63,301 bases of DNA, filler included, from Choristocarpus tenellus KU-1152 (GCA_964200185.2; 6 parts of 6 records of this genome joined end to end with filler, not necessarily neighbours in it); one strand, 5' to 3'; positions 11,816 to 26,200 are shown, numbered from the whole stretch's first letter. Made by a program: numbers and translations. The notes: a model not told the origin generated them from the sequence alone.

Positions 11816-13903
11816 ATGCAGTCTCTCTTTCCCGTACTTGCTGCTGTACTGATGCTTCTTCCTGCGACTACCCATGCCTTCGTACCTGTAAGCTGTAAGT
11901 GGGACCTCTTCAGCTCTGATTTAATGAATCGCCATCGTGTAGGATTTGTCGGAAACAGAACCCTATGTCGGACATGTAACGACACCAACTTTAACCATCT
12001 GCTCGTTTTGTCAGTGCGCCTAGGTTCTACCGTCGCCAATCGCGCACCCATGTGCACTTCATCCATGAGTGTGCGCTCTTTCCAGCCTCGTGGAACAGTG
12101 GTAGTGTCCATGTGCACCTCGGATGGTGGGGAGCCTACGTCTGAGGTCGAAGTAGTCGATCCCATTGAACAGACCGCACCTGTCGAAGTCGGGGAAGATG
12201 TTACAGAGGAAGTGGAAGAGGAGAAAAAAATGAGCCCCTTGGAGATTGCTAAGGCGGAAAAACTGGCCGAGATAGAGCGCCTCCGCGCTAAAGAGAAGTT
12301 CATCACACAAAAGACAGGCGAGCCCATGACAAGATTGTGGGGTGACTGATGTTGTCATTTGGTCAACTGAAAATCGTTCTTATTGTCAGTAGGTAATTGT
12401 TGCGTTTTGAATCGATCGTCCTTGGGGTGGTCGGACCAGACAGTTGATTCAAGTGGACGTTTGTTAGCCGATTCAACTCAATCTCCCCAAGCTTAACCAC
12501 CTCCCCTTACATTCTTGTAATAGTGCTGTTGCAATGAGGTGGTGCATATCAGTGTATATTTTTGGGATTGATGTACGGCGCTTATGTGTATACCGACTTA
12601 TATGTGTTGGCTTTTCCATACCATCCAAGTGGGACGCCCTTACGGATTACTTGACCTTGGCATTCACTTGAAATATTCACGGATGAGTGAGGATGAACTC
12701 CCACTCGAATGGTACTCAGAAGGTGGAGTCTTGTAATGCACGTTTCTGTCTTCATCCTCCAAATTAGCTGGAGAATTGAAGTTTATGTGAACGTTGGAAT
12801 GATTCCATTCAAAATTTTCGTGGTATTGTGCAGTATATATGGATGCTATCGTGGAGTTTTGTTTTCCACTGTCTTGCCTGTCTTTGTTTTGCAAATTTAT
12901 CTGCAGTTTGACCTCATCCTCGATCATCTCCTTAAGCTCTAAATAGAGTCATCCGCAGTTTCTTGTACAAGAAATCTCATGATAAACGTGCTGTTACAGC
13001 TAAAATCCCAAGATTTGCTTAGTGAAGTAATCTCGCTGAATTATCTACGTGCTCCCTATTTTTTGTATTTTAACTGGATGATGTGCCTGTAAAGATGACC
13101 CATGATTGATCTCCTTGCAGTGGTCCTTCTTTTTGAACCAGTGCAGATTCTCAAATCACTTGGATTCCTAAGTACTCGTCGAAATTTCAAACTTTGTATA
13201 TTCAAGTAATGAACAATACAAAACCACAATATCCTCAAGTTCGGACCAGGTTGTAGTTTGTGAGTGTATGAATGCCAGTGGGAACAGGAACATCCTGAAA
13301 CTTCCACATCCATTTTATCACTCCTTAATCTTTTGATTTCATCAGTGTGTGTTTTTATGGCGTTACCATTTTTTGTGCCTGCTGTGTTGCCTGTCACCTT
13401 CAGAGCAGCATTTAGCAAGTACATTTTCGCGATGTATATAAATCCATCTACAATGCACCATTCTACACTCTGACAGTATGTGTTGCATGGCCCTGACATC
13501 TTTTTAGACTCAATGTAATATACCGACCGCCGCAGAATGTATGATTCAAAATGTAGTATACATACTTGGTGTATATGTGTAACCGCTCAGTGCCCTAAAC
13601 CTGCCAACACCAGGTGACTATGAGTGTACACAGTGTGCCTTTGTCTACAAACCAAATCAGGGGGGGCAGGGGGCCTTACCGGGAACTGATTTTGAGGATC
13701 TACCTTCAACATGGTGCTGCCCCGTGTGCCGATCACCAAAGGACACATTCTTGGCACAGACAAAGACCATCGCTGGATTTGAAGACAATCTTTCATACGG
13801 TTTGGGAGCTAACACCTTGACATCAGGACAGAAAAATCTCCTCATCTTTGGAGGCCTTGGGCTTTTCTTCTTGATCTTCCTCGCGGGTTATGCATTGGAG
13901 TAA
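11816..13903 (+). CDS. rubA: Plastid-targeted membrane-anchored rubredoxin (RubA/RBD1 type)
   Basis: Signal peptide + HAFVP motif. Exons ~11816-11894, 12015-12317 and 13614-13903. Last exon reads YECTQCAFVY...PGTDFEDLPSTWCCPVC...AGFEDNLSYGLGANTLTSGQKNLLIFGGL..GYALE*: two CxxC plus the C-terminal TM. This exon is absent from the ORF track. Confidence 0.92.
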
Positions 13904-15541
13904 CTAAATAACTTTTCTTTGGTCTGAGGCATGTTAGCTACTTGGATGTGTAACTGAGAGTACATCACAGGTGGAATTATGGACTAGTCAGCAGGGAGGA
14001 AAGGAAGATGTTTATTCTGTGACACACAAAATGCATCGGTTTGTTGAATCCCAGGGGACCCATGCCAGCTAGAGACCTAGATGTAACCTGAAGTAGATCA
14101 AAGTACAATCACCAGGAAAAGACCAGTGTGGGAAGGTCAGTGATGGGGAATCTCCCTTCAGTTTTTATATGGAAGCGTGTGAGTTTAGAAGTCTTGAGTG
14201 CTGATGCCTCTTGTTTTGTGCAGGTACTTGTACTTCATGTGAAACTTGATTGGTTGTCCAGAAGTAGAGTACAATATGCTTGTCTGCCAAGGGTGGTACA
14301 TTCCAGGAAGTGTTGTTTGTATCCGCACCATGGCCTGTGGTGTATAAGGTGCACCGACACTCCCTGAACAGTTTCGAGGTCCTTCCTCAACAATTTCTTT
14401 GAGCAGAAGACTATCACCATAGAACAATACTGCCATATGTGAGTTCTTTCAATCATTGATGCAAAGCAGTAGAATTTTATTATGTTCTGAACATGCTGGC
14501 ACGATCACCAGGCCCAGCTCCTAAATTTGTGTGTTTGTCCTGCATTCATAACAGTAGTAATGTTGCAATTTTAGGAGTATATCCTTCAATGCTTCCAGGG
14601 CTAGGGGTACCACCACTTGGCATGTTCGCACTTTATGATAGATGTTGCCCGTGAGTGGTGCTGATGGTTGCCAAGGGAATGCAATACCCTATGATTTAGC
14701 ATAGCAATAGAGCTCTATTAATAGAAAGCAATGTCATGATGTACTTGACCAGCCTTGTGTGTTTGCATGCTTACTTTTTACCCATGCACGTGTTCATAGA
14801 TTGCTGTACTCTTGTGTCCTGTTCAAGCACCATTGGTGTGCAATGGTCCAATGCAAAATGGTAGTCACCTACTTTCTATGGTTGAAAACAGAATCCCTGA
14901 CAAGAGTGGGTGTGGAACTGCAACAATGCGTTCCCGAATACCATGCCTAGAGTTCTCTGTTCCTGAGACAACCAATGATAGGTCTGAGAGCACTATGGGG
15001 TGCACTAGAGTCCTTGGAGATCAAGACCAAAGAGCAACCAATAACATACTGCGATCAGTGAGTGAATAATTGAGGGTAAGGTATTATTTGTCGCATCTGT
15101 TTTCACTTCCTTGACCATCACCTGCTCCCTGTGCTTGGAGCAGCAGCTTGTACATCTACTGTCATATCACACACTGGCCTTAACTAGATCAATGGCATCA
15201 CCGACTGTGCCAGCAGCAACTCAACATAGCACAAAGTTAGAGCATTAAGTTGGAAATGATTGGTATCTGATTGAAGAAATACACTTACGTTCAGAAGTAT
15301 CTCATCAAGATGGATTGCTATGGACTAAATGGCTGGCTTAATAGTTTGGTCATTGGTTTACTAAATTGACTAATACAAAGCAAACTCACAAATCACGGAT
15401 CACCATCATCTGAGTTGTCGCTACCAGCACAGCAGATGCCATGGACTCCAACACATCAGCCCCCCCAGGCGCAAGCGTGAGACATCCCCACCCCCAGGAG
15501 GTAATAAAACAGGCCCTTTTGACGGGGAGACATTACCAATG

Positions 15542-15801
15542 GAGTGAAAGTATCTTGGCGGGTACAAATTTTGCCCTGTTTGTCCGTTCAAGGCTTAGCT
15601 TCCCACGGGTTTTTTTTATGACATTTTACCTACTCTGAAATATTTCGGAGAAGGTAAAATGCATACGTTATGAAAAGGTGTGTCCAGAATAAGGATGTTG
15701 ACACTTCCTAACAAAAACGATAGCCGAAATTTCATCAAAATCGCAACATTTGACTTTGGTCCCAAAATGGACGCGGCTCTACCTCTAAGGTACTTTGACT
15801 C
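15542..15801. mobile_element. MITE family A copy 1 (PIF/Harbinger-like)
   Basis: TIRs GAGTGAAAGTATCTT...AAGGTACTTTGACTC with 3-bp TSD ATG. Homologous to the copies at 35634 and 61894. Confidence 0.85.
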
Positions 15802-16380
15802 ATGACTCCATCTACGTAGACAAATCTTGTTGCAGACACTTCCACATCTCCCGTGAGGATTCCACCCTTTCCTTTAGACTTTTCAGGGGTAATTATCTAA
15901 TGCAATAGGAAAAGGCAAGAGCATCTGCATAACAAGGCATCATTCAACATGCTCTATTCCGGGCACTCACCCAAGATAGCATCAATGAATTAGTGTACTG
16001 CACTGCTCAAACAGCAATGCGATTTTTATTGGCACAGATTAAATTGCATGCAAAGACTAAATTCAATCAGCACCGGCATTCATTCAAGTAGCAGTAATAG
16101 TAGCATTGCAACACAGTCCGAGCAAAAATATCATCACCTCTCGATAATGCAAGCTGAAGACATAAATGGGAGGTGGAGTAAATCATTTCAAAAAACATTG
16201 TCCACAAACCCCTCGACAATACGAATGAAAAGTCACCCGTGATCATCCCACCTCCTTCCCCCCATCCATGGTCCCACTTTCTTTCCTCAGAAGAGAAACA
16301 AAATATAGCATTAGAAAACAAAACACATTTTCTTAAATCCTAATCTGTTCTTCAAACGTCCAAGGAAACAGCTACCCTAC

Positions 16381-16480
16381 CTTGTACTTCCAGAAGTCGA
16401 CAGGTTGGCATCTTCATTCGCAGCCACCAATGCAGCTCCAGCAGCCGCATAGGTCACACCCAAGCCGGCAGTAAGGGCTA
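16381..16480 (-). CDS. Possible isolated coding exon of an unidentified gene
   Basis: Open frame ALTAGLGVTYAAAGAALVAANEDANLSTSGST between an AG and a GTAGGG donor. No recognisable domain. Confidence 0.3.
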
Positions 16481-16842
16481 CTATGCCAGTGCACTCTCCA
16501 GATTTATATTACATCCACCATTTAGCACTATGTTTTTCACATTACAATGTTGGCAGAAGCCTCCTGCATCAACTTTGTTGTACCGTAACTTTTGATCAAC
16601 AGCAATATTTTTCATGAAAATCCATTTGTTGTAATCGCATAATCATGCTTACCTTATTTGATGGGTCTCGGTTGGTCAACTTGCAATAGTCGTGAGAAAT
16701 ACAGGACCATACTTGAATCAAGTAATACGCACGCGCGGTTCGCGTGGGGTGCCGCACGGCGCGCGCGCGTGCATTCAAGGACGATTTTAAAACAGAAGAG
16801 GTCATCTTCACCCCCCGGAGAACATGCACGTTGTTAACAGCG

Positions 16843-16942
16843 NNNNNNNNNNNNNNNNNNNNNNNNNNNNNNNNNNNNNNNNNNNNTTAATTAATTAANN
16901 NNNNNNNNNNNNNNNNNNNNNNNNNNNNNNNNNNNNNNNNNN
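16843..16942. other. Artificial contig spacer
   Basis: N44-TTAATTAATTAA-N44 (six-frame stop linker). Confidence 0.97.
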
Positions 16943-17036
16943 GGGGGATGTGTATAGTAAAAGCCCTTTCCCGATTTTGCCCCAAAAGGACCCCCTGGTT
17001 TAAACCCCCCCCCCCCCCCCCCAGATACTTTGGGTC
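16943..17036. mobile_element. MITE family B, partial (right end)
   Basis: Ends in poly-C AGATACTTTGGGTC, like the right end of 52416-52594. Truncated by the gap. Confidence 0.75.
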
Positions 17037-17225
17037 AAGCATTTAATAGTACTCCATAATATACTCCAAATATTATTGTTATGGTACTGTCTCCCCAGAG
17101 AGAGAGAGAGAGATGTTTGGTGTATACTTTTTTATTATTTCTGGTGAGGCTTGGGGTGTTAGTTTGCCAAGCTCCAAGTTCCTACTTCGTCATGTTCTGA
17201 GTGATAGGCTAATCGGTCACCTCAC

Positions 17226-20200
17226 CTCCATGCATGGCTGAGGCATCGTGAAATTGTACAAGCCCAGGCCACCAGCTGCTGTTCCAGGATGGCAATACGT
17301 GCTTGGTGGACACGCCACTGGGCGGCGGAGGCTGAAACCCGAGTAATCAAAACCTGAAGCATCAGAGACCCTTGTTGCAAGGGAAGGGATTGAAATATCT
17401 GCATCAACAAGTAGATGTGAATTCTGAGACTCTGGGACTATGGGGCACAATATTTGCAATATGGGTATGACATCACAGCTCCCTACTTGTGACACTTGTG
17501 CAATCAAGCTTGTTTCATAACCTCGCCATCCACCAAACCATGGAGCAGGGCACAAGAGGGTCAGGATTACTATCACTCCTCAGGTGGGCTTACCGAAAGT
17601 TTTCTTCGTCACCAAGGTGAGTGCAGGCGGAGTCCAGACAGAATCGACCCCTCAATGGCACAAATGACGATGTATATGAGAGAGGGAGGGAGTGAGCCTC
17701 CATCCAGAACCTGCGTTTTTCCAAAGTGTTAGAAGATTAAGATCTTAATATTTCCAGGATACTGAATCTTGGAGAGCTTCCTTGACATGAGCAGAATCCC
17801 TAGATCATTCCTATCTCATTACGATTCAAACTTTACCAATGAGCATAGGTCCTGTGTAAATTGACATCTTCAAATTCTCTTTGAGTACTAATCCAACACT
17901 ACTAGTATTCCCTGTGAAATTACGCAGACTCGCTGTAGAGCATGCAGTCCACTAGGCACTAAACAACTTTGGCAGAACAGCTCAATTTCTTATTCCGAAA
18001 GGCAACCAACCTTGCTGGGAGATTCGACATCTGCAACCCAAAATCTTCAGTTGAGTTGGTCCAGCATGCTGTGTTGCGAGAACCAAGCACCAGTTCGTGG
18101 CCCGAAGGTGTGTACCCGGGTCGGACAGTTGAGATGCGCTCAGCATGACTCAATGCAGGGAAAAGTCTTGAACTTGGACTTCAGGCATGAGTGGAAATGG
18201 TGTGAAGAAAGGAGGTTGAAGATTGAGATGAAAGCGTTGCATATTGCTTGGTGATTACATAAGCAGTAGTTGGTGGAACACTTGTTTCCTCATACGTGAA
18301 ATATGTTGTGTGAACCAAAACCTTTTTTGTCATTGGAAACATAGAGGACTCACTAGAAATTTGACACTTTGGTGCGCATCAGCAGGTCGTGATGCTTAGT
18401 AGTGTATAACAACATCAATAAGACAGCATCTTCCCAGCGCCATATCACAACTCATTGTATCTTGCACTGTTGAAGCAGTGAAGGTCTGCCTCTCAGTTGC
18501 TCTGCTCACCTTGGATGTCCACAAGTTGTCGCTGTGGTTGCTGTGCCTTCTAGACAAAAGTGACCCTCGGGGCACGGCTGATCAGCTAATCCCACACCAG
18601 TTACATCACACACTCGACCGGCAGGGCAAACTCTTGGCACGGGAAGACCTTCTTCTGGGCAGTGAAAGCCAATAGGGCAGCGGAGGCATGCACTTCTCCC
18701 ACGGTTGGGCTGATAGGTGCCGGTTGGGCAGAGGGTGAAGTTTCTGTTTCCCTCTCCAGGGCAGAAGGCACCCTATGAGCCGTAGTGAGGCAGAGTGGAT
18801 GAGGCACTGTTACGTGGCGGTTCTGATGGTTGGGAGGGAATTTGAAACAACAGGGTGGGATTTGCCTTTGCAGGTATGTTTTGAGCCCTCTTGCAAAAAT
18901 TTCTAAGATGTACAACTACTACAAGAACACAATGGAGTACAAGCCAGGCATGCTTGCTTGTTCTGAGAGTTCATGCAAGTATGCCACATGCACATTAATC
19001 CATTCCCGGCATCTTACATCTACACAGCTTTGAAGCCTCCAGTGAGGATGGCACAACATGCACAAGGCCCTTGTGAAGTAAAGTTGGTATTTTCTCTTTG
19101 ATGCGTTTACACAACATAGTGGGATGCATAATGGGACATAATGATCTCATTATTTAGTGTTCAAATTCGGCTATTACATTATCTCCCAGAGAAAATGCAA
19201 TGGGAACTTCTTGAATATTTATAATGGGCAGATTTATGTGTGAGGTAAATTCTCTGGATTTGGACATGCCCTGGATATATTCTATCATTACTTATGAAAC
19301 AATAACTGAAGATACACCACTTTGAAAGAAAATCAAAATATCAGTCTTCCGCAAAGTGATCCTTGTATAGCTCACCTTTGGGCACGGTAGGATGTTTGCT
19401 CTCTGCAAACCAGGGCAATAGCTTCCTCCTGGACAGGGTCCCGAAATTTTCAATGTGGCTCGGTCTGCAGTGAAGTCCAGTCCATTGTTGGTTATCTAAA
19501 ATAGGGCAACAGTATAAAGGCGGCAGTATTTGAAAGTGGTAAGTCTGCTACATAGTGTTTGAAGAGCGGATTCAAAAGTGCACCAGGGTCCTCCTGACCA
19601 ACGAAATTGTGACCGCCACTTGCATTCTATGACTTTTTGCAACAATACACTGTTCCAGACATTACCTCGACAAACATTGCTGACTCTTTTGCTGTTGTTA
19701 AACGCAGCATTGCTGCAGGCGCATGTGCCATACCATCTAGTGGTCGAAGATTGTGACGGATGACTCCATGCCCAAGATTGATAGCCGCAGGAGGTGGAAG
19801 AAAGCACAGCAAAAGTTGTGAACTAAGAAACGTTGCCTCTATGTTCATAGTCCCAACACGGCATGCCAAGTTGGATGAGTTGACAAAGTACTGGCCTGTA
19901 ACAAAGAGGCTAAGACTGCGACCGTCGATAGTCTCATTCTGACCCACTTGGTCTGTTGAGGCGTCTGCCTGTTTACGCCGTCCAGATTAGTTATTCCCCC
20001 ATGGTTGGCAAGATGTTGAGTTTTTTGATGGAATATTCGAAGTATTGTCAAGGGGACACAATCAGAAGTCCTTCAATGCCCATTACATCCACCTTCAAAT
20101 AACTCACAGTAATTTTTTTTCAGTTGACATGATAGTAAGCGAATTCACACAGGATATAAGACCTCAGATCATGCGGTTAACTTTACTCTGTCCAATGCAA

Positions 20201-23200
20201 TATAGCGAGGTTCTAGCATTCCAAAGGACAAGCTAGGATAATAGTAGGGGAAAGCCCTGCAAATAAATACAGCATGCTGAGAGAGAGAGAGTAGCTTGCG
20301 GAAGAAACAAGGTGGCCATTTATCACTCTGGCTCTTGCAGGTGCTTGTTGTAGTTCTATAACATGAACCAAAGATACTTATTAGGCACTGACTCCAATTG
20401 TCGAGTTTATGCCTCAAGAATCTATTCTTTGATACACAGCCTGCAATTATTCAAAGTAGGATCCTTCCGAATGCTGTACCATTGATGATGCAGAACTCTA
20501 CAAGGTGTTGAGCTCTCTTCTTGCTTCATCTGTAGGAAAAATGCAAGGTATTGTATTCTCCATATCATATGTTCCCAGTAGGCTTGAAGGCTTGAGACGG
20601 GTTAGTACTATTATCAATATTGCAGTTGATTAATTGAATACCTGATACAGGAAGGACACTCCACTCTCCGTATAGTCTTGCCCATTGCAAGTCACCTGCA
20701 CGATGAGGATGGACACAACACCCAAGAACAGCAGAGTTTAGGAAGCAATCATGACCGAATGCAGAACAGTGTCAGTGAAGACTGTTCAAAAAATACATGA
20801 AGGGGGTCTGTCCACAACATGGGAGTGATACTGGTATTTGTTCATCATACATGTGTAGCATCCTAAAATCGGCAATGGGTCTGAGCTCAAAGGAATCATA
20901 GTTGTAGTTAGAGTATAACAGAAATATAGCAAATGGCATTCCTTACCTACAGCCAATAGATAGGAACTAACCTCTACATTTGTGAGACGTTGTAAGTAGA
21001 GGGGATAATAATGAGCCTCGGGGAACAGAAGGCGACTGCCAGTGAGTGGATTACGAGCTGTCTGCCTCTGCTCGCTCAATGCAGTCCACTGGAGCCCTCC
21101 TGATTCTGGGTGGAGGGGTGGAGTTTCGCATACAATTTCCTCTGAACTAATATACTGTCCAGGTACTGGTGGTGCTTCACCAAAGCGACATGCAAGAGAT
21201 GTTGAATTGACAAAGCCAGATCCGTAGAGGGTGATGCTGGTACCCGCTGCTTCAGCAGGCCCAGATACTGGCATAATGTGGGAGAGTTCCTTTCAATTAA
21301 GAAAGGGTTAAGAGAGTAGCAGGAAAACAGGCAAACATTAATATATGGAGTTGCTTCCAGGAATTGCTTTCAAGTTTTTTCAAATGTTGTGCAAACAGGA
21401 TTGATAACAAAAACAACAAAAACAACAAAAATAGCAAAAATAACAAAAATAAGAAAGCATCACCACAACAAGCTACGATGTTGGAGGAATCTGATGCAAG
21501 AAGGGAGGAACTGTACTGTACAAGTTGGGGATATTGCTTGCCGAAAAAATATTCCAACCCTGAGTTAACTCCTGAAAATATCTAATGCAGCCTGGAGTGT
21601 CTTACAACACGGTGTAATAGCAGTAGAATAGGAGGAAGATTGGCATGAGTATTCGTTCAATGGAACAACGTAAAATATTATGCATGTTCTCCTGCTGAGG
21701 TAATCATACATTGAGTGAGACAGATTTCTTTTCTTGTATTCAAAAGAGCACTCTTGGGAATTGGTTCAAAGTATTCCCACTGATGAATATTTACTTATTT
21801 GCTAGCCTTTCGTCAAAAAAATTCTTGACGCAGATTTGCTTATCTAGGAGCTTGCCAGAGCTCCATTCATCCTACTTCTCATGTACCTATAAGCACATGT
21901 GTATATTCATGTAGACTATCGAGTTGAAAATGCTCTTAGAGAGCTTAGACTATAAAAAAATTCTGATCAACAAATTTTCCATTGTTGCAAAGTCAATTCT
22001 AAACAGGAGTATCAATCAACGATTCCCCTACCTGGTCAGTAAAGTAGAAAAATGGAAATCGGTTGTCAGTGTAGTCCTGATCATTAAGGGAGACTTCCAG
22101 GGGGTATAACCCTTCCTGGTGTGGTGGAGCACTGCAGAGGATCTTTGAAGCGCTTATTCTCTCTGCAAATACGACCTTCCCTCCAAAGCGACACCGTAGC
22201 TCATTTGTCTCTGGGAAAGGTCCACCATAGATCCGCACACTGAAATTTCCTGAAGCAGGTCCAAGGTGTGGTACAACTGCATTGATCTCTGGGGATAGTT
22301 CATAGAAGAACGACACAGTCTCTGAAGAAGAAAAGGCAGAAGATGAAAGTTTACGTCCTCCAATACCAGCATTGTTTGACACCTTCAAGGAAACTTTGCC
22401 TTGACCATTAAAGAATGGTGGGGCCACACATAATATAGCTGTTGAATTGAAGAAGTGCACTGCAGGGACAGTCATGCGGGCATCAATCCCAGTGGGACCA
22501 AATTGGCACGCCAAGCGACTTGAACGACGGAAGTTTGAACCAAGAACCATGATCTGCGTCAAGGACAAGCAAGGCTTAATATTGAAGCTGAGACTTATCA
22601 AGTGTTGGTATCTCTTTGTGACAGTGCTCTGCAGAACAACAATGCCACGTGAAGAGAGAGCACAATTTAGGTTGTTCCGTGTGCTTGAGAGTGTGGTTCA
22701 TGAACAGATCACCTCTCCTCTCTTGCAATTGATGCCATTTCCTTTTCTAGAGGAAATTTGTTGCTGCACTGGAAACACCAATGCCAATTGTTATTTTTTT
22801 CATCCTTCTATCCGGTATTGAACCTATTGTCTACTCTGCTGCTTACAAACTAGTTAGCATTTTCAAGAAGTTTGATAATATGAGTCTGTAAGCAAAAAAA
22901 GGAGGATATTCAGCATCACAGAATAGTGGCCTCGAAAAACAAGCAAATGGAATGTAGTTCATAAGGACTTTCTGACCATTCTGCTACATTCCAACAGGCT
23001 GGAATTCTTCCAAAATTAGTGCCTGTAGCACTTGCGTATGATGTAGCACAGATTGTTGCAATAAAATAATATCCAAATTGAGAAAAAACAACATGCCTGT
23101 TAAGACCACAATAGTCCTTATCATAAGATGAAAATTTAGAGAATGCAAGTCCTATTTCAAGGATGTTAAATACCTGAGGTTATCCCTCCTCCCTATGATC

Positions 23201-26200
23201 TTGCATGCCAAATGCCATACGTAGATGTAACTTTGCAGCAAGATGAGAAAGTTTTCCTGTGTGCGAAAAAATCTACTGCATGCAAAAACACCCCAAACGA
23301 GGAGTTTTCTGATATTTTGAGAGGGAGTAGGTAGCATAAATCCTAACTGTATGAACTCAATATATTATTTTTCTCCTTCAGCTCACCTCTGTTCCTCCAT
23401 ATACTGGTCCATGATTGGGTATTATTCTGCCAATGGACACAAGTGGAAGATAGGAGTAACTAGCCCTGCTAACTGAATAGTCTTGGGCATTTTGAGTCAC
23501 CTCAAGGTTAACAACCCCGCCTACTTCGGATGATATCCCTGTGACAGCTTCAGTCACAAGGCTACCAGGAAGGATCCCATACAGCATGGAAGCGTTCACC
23601 TTGAGCATGGGCAGGTCTCCTCCAGTGATAAGGCTGTCACTCCACTCAATCTCTGCCAAATTGGGTGACCATGTGCGTTGCCAATACTCAGCAACAGACA
23701 CCCCAGAAGCATTTATTGCCACACCCTCCAGAATAACATGATAGCGTGTTCCTGTTGAGACAACACCATATCCGTCCGGAGCAAGCTCTGCACCAAAAGA
23801 GTATCGTGATACATTGACAACAACAACAGCTGGAAGGTTTTCAAGTTCAGTGGCAAGAAATGTTGCTGTGGCATTGTGTGGGATTGGCGATGTTGAAGCT
23901 TCATCACAAATTACCCCAGTCGCACGTTCATCACACTGTTGGCCAAAACTCACAGAGAATGTACCATCAAAGGACGATGTTGTGGAATTGTGAATGGAGA
24001 CAATGCTCAACTTCGACCTCTCTTCTTCGGTGGTAGTCAATGACAATCGAGAAGCGTTCAGGTGCACTTGTCCCCACGTATCTGAGAATGCCTCTGCATA
24101 TAAGATATACCATGTGTACCCCATGCTAGATCCAAATGCTGGCACACGCTCCACATAAACCTGCTGGCCCGTTACCTCCCACACTGCCATTCCAACTTTA
24201 GAAGGAGTAGCATCCCAAGGAACTGCTGAAGATTCAATTGTTTCAATGGTAGAATTAAGGGTGTCAACTGTGACATTGGAATAGAGGGAAAAAGAACCGT
24301 TGTACTCAGCAATGGTGATGGCATGGACATCACTAGCCACACCTCGTGTAGTCTCTATTACTAAAATACTTGAGTTTGTCCCTGTTAACCCTGATTTGTT
24401 GACATAAAATAACTCAACATCTCCAGCTGCGGAAAGGGCCGAAAATGTCACTGTCCACTCCATGCCACCATCCTTGCCAACAGGAGTAGAGGACACTGAA
24501 ACGTTGCTCCCTGCAGTTAATATTTGCTCAACTGCAAACTCCATGTCCTCAGCAGTAGCATTATACTGTATTGTTGTTGTGCTTCCTCCAAGGCCAAGGG
24601 TGAAGTGTCCTCCAAGTGGTAGTGAGACAAGCTGGACAACAGAAATATTGACCATGGGGTTTTCGCCTGAGAGATATGTGCCATCTACACTGAGGATACT
24701 ATTTCCAAGTGTTTCCATTTCCGGTAGGGTAATCACCCATGTGAAGCCACCATTGGAGAATGGTCCGAGACGACTCACTTCAGTAAGTTCAGGCAGCCCA
24801 AGCCCCTCAATAAGAGCGGTCTGCAGAGATGCTGCACTGGCTGTGACTCTGAGTGTTTCAGAGTTGCCATTAAGGGTAATGTCAAACCTACCACTAACAA
24901 CTCTTCCACCATTTCTAATCTCTGTCGTTTCAGCCTGTGCACCAATGCCTGTGAGCTGAGCTTGAACAACAACCAGCGGTTTGCGGTTGCCTGACTGTCC
25001 TGTTCTTCTCCCCTCCTTGATATGTGGGAATGTGATGTCCCATGCATATGGCCCGACTGTTGGAAGAGATGCATTGACCTCAACATCAACAGCAGTTACT
25101 CCTGGTATCTCAAGAAGAGCTTCTTCCACATCTGATGCCAACATGCCCACCTTCACCCACCCTGAACGATGCTCTGGCCATCCACGAGGCGCAGTGTCCA
25201 TCTCAAGCCTGAAGCGGCCTCCAGGTTCATTTCCTGGTTGCAATTCCTCTATCACTATGACAGGTCCGGTTCCACTCAGTCTTGCTATATCTGCGGTCAT
25301 GAGAGGAATATTTCCATTAACAGTCGAACCAGAAAAGGTAACTTTCCACTCACGTCCACCATTTGAGTCAGTGCTGTTTTTTCCCCCTCCTGAAACAGTG
25401 ACATTATCAATCCCGTCAAGGGCCTCCAGCACAGCCTCAACCTGGAACGTGGTAGTTGTTGAGTTATGATGTTGTCGTTATCAAGCTTTTCGTTGTGATA
25501 CAACTTGCTTTAGAAAAGACATAAACACTTCAAGTGTGACCATATCGTTGCATACGAAGAAATGAGCAAGGCTTATAGAAACCTGTTCATGCAAGTATAT
25601 AGCAATTCATTTTCCCCAATTGACCTGTCGATCACAATATCCCTTTTCGAAAGGTCTACTCAACCAAGCACAGAGGCAAGATACATCAGTGCAAGCATAT
25701 TGGTGAAGTGAGGAGCAAGGTGCTCCATGAAGAACCTAAGTGGGTACAATACTACTGTCAGGGTAAGCAGGTGTCCCATTTGTTTTGAGGAAAAAATATC
25801 ATTTTGAGGAATAACTCAATTGAGATTTTCTTACGCTCTATACTCTGGAATACACCTACTGTTAGTCTTGCATTAGCAAGGTGTGGGTCTTGCTGCAGTG
25901 TAAATTATCGAAAAACATGGTCCTAACAACTTCACCTCTCCTGCAGACGCATTGTATGGGATGAAAGCCGTAGTATTCTCACTAAAAGATAGCTCAAACT
26001 CCCCACCAATTGCTGCACAAGTTGTCTCAACAATGACAGAGACTGTAGCACTGTTCCCACAGTCAAGTGATGGCATGGGTTCAGAATTCTCCACAAAAGT
26101 TATTTCCCATACTCCACCGCCAGAAGTACTTGTGTTGACACGTGAAACCCAAACACTCCCAAGAATGGTGGGGTCGATGGAGGTCAGTACTGATTTAACC

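Noticed and set aside
13264-13290. 'YECQ' as the rubredoxin exon
   Set aside because: No second Cys and no suitable splice sites; the exon at 13614 fits fully.
16887-16898. Repeated TTAATTAATTAA palindrome as a biological motif
   Set aside because: Always embedded in N runs of fixed length; an assembly linker.
24462-25469. Long + strand ORFs opposite the giant gene (also 11782-12327 and 40293-40616)
   Set aside because: Antisense shadows of real exons.
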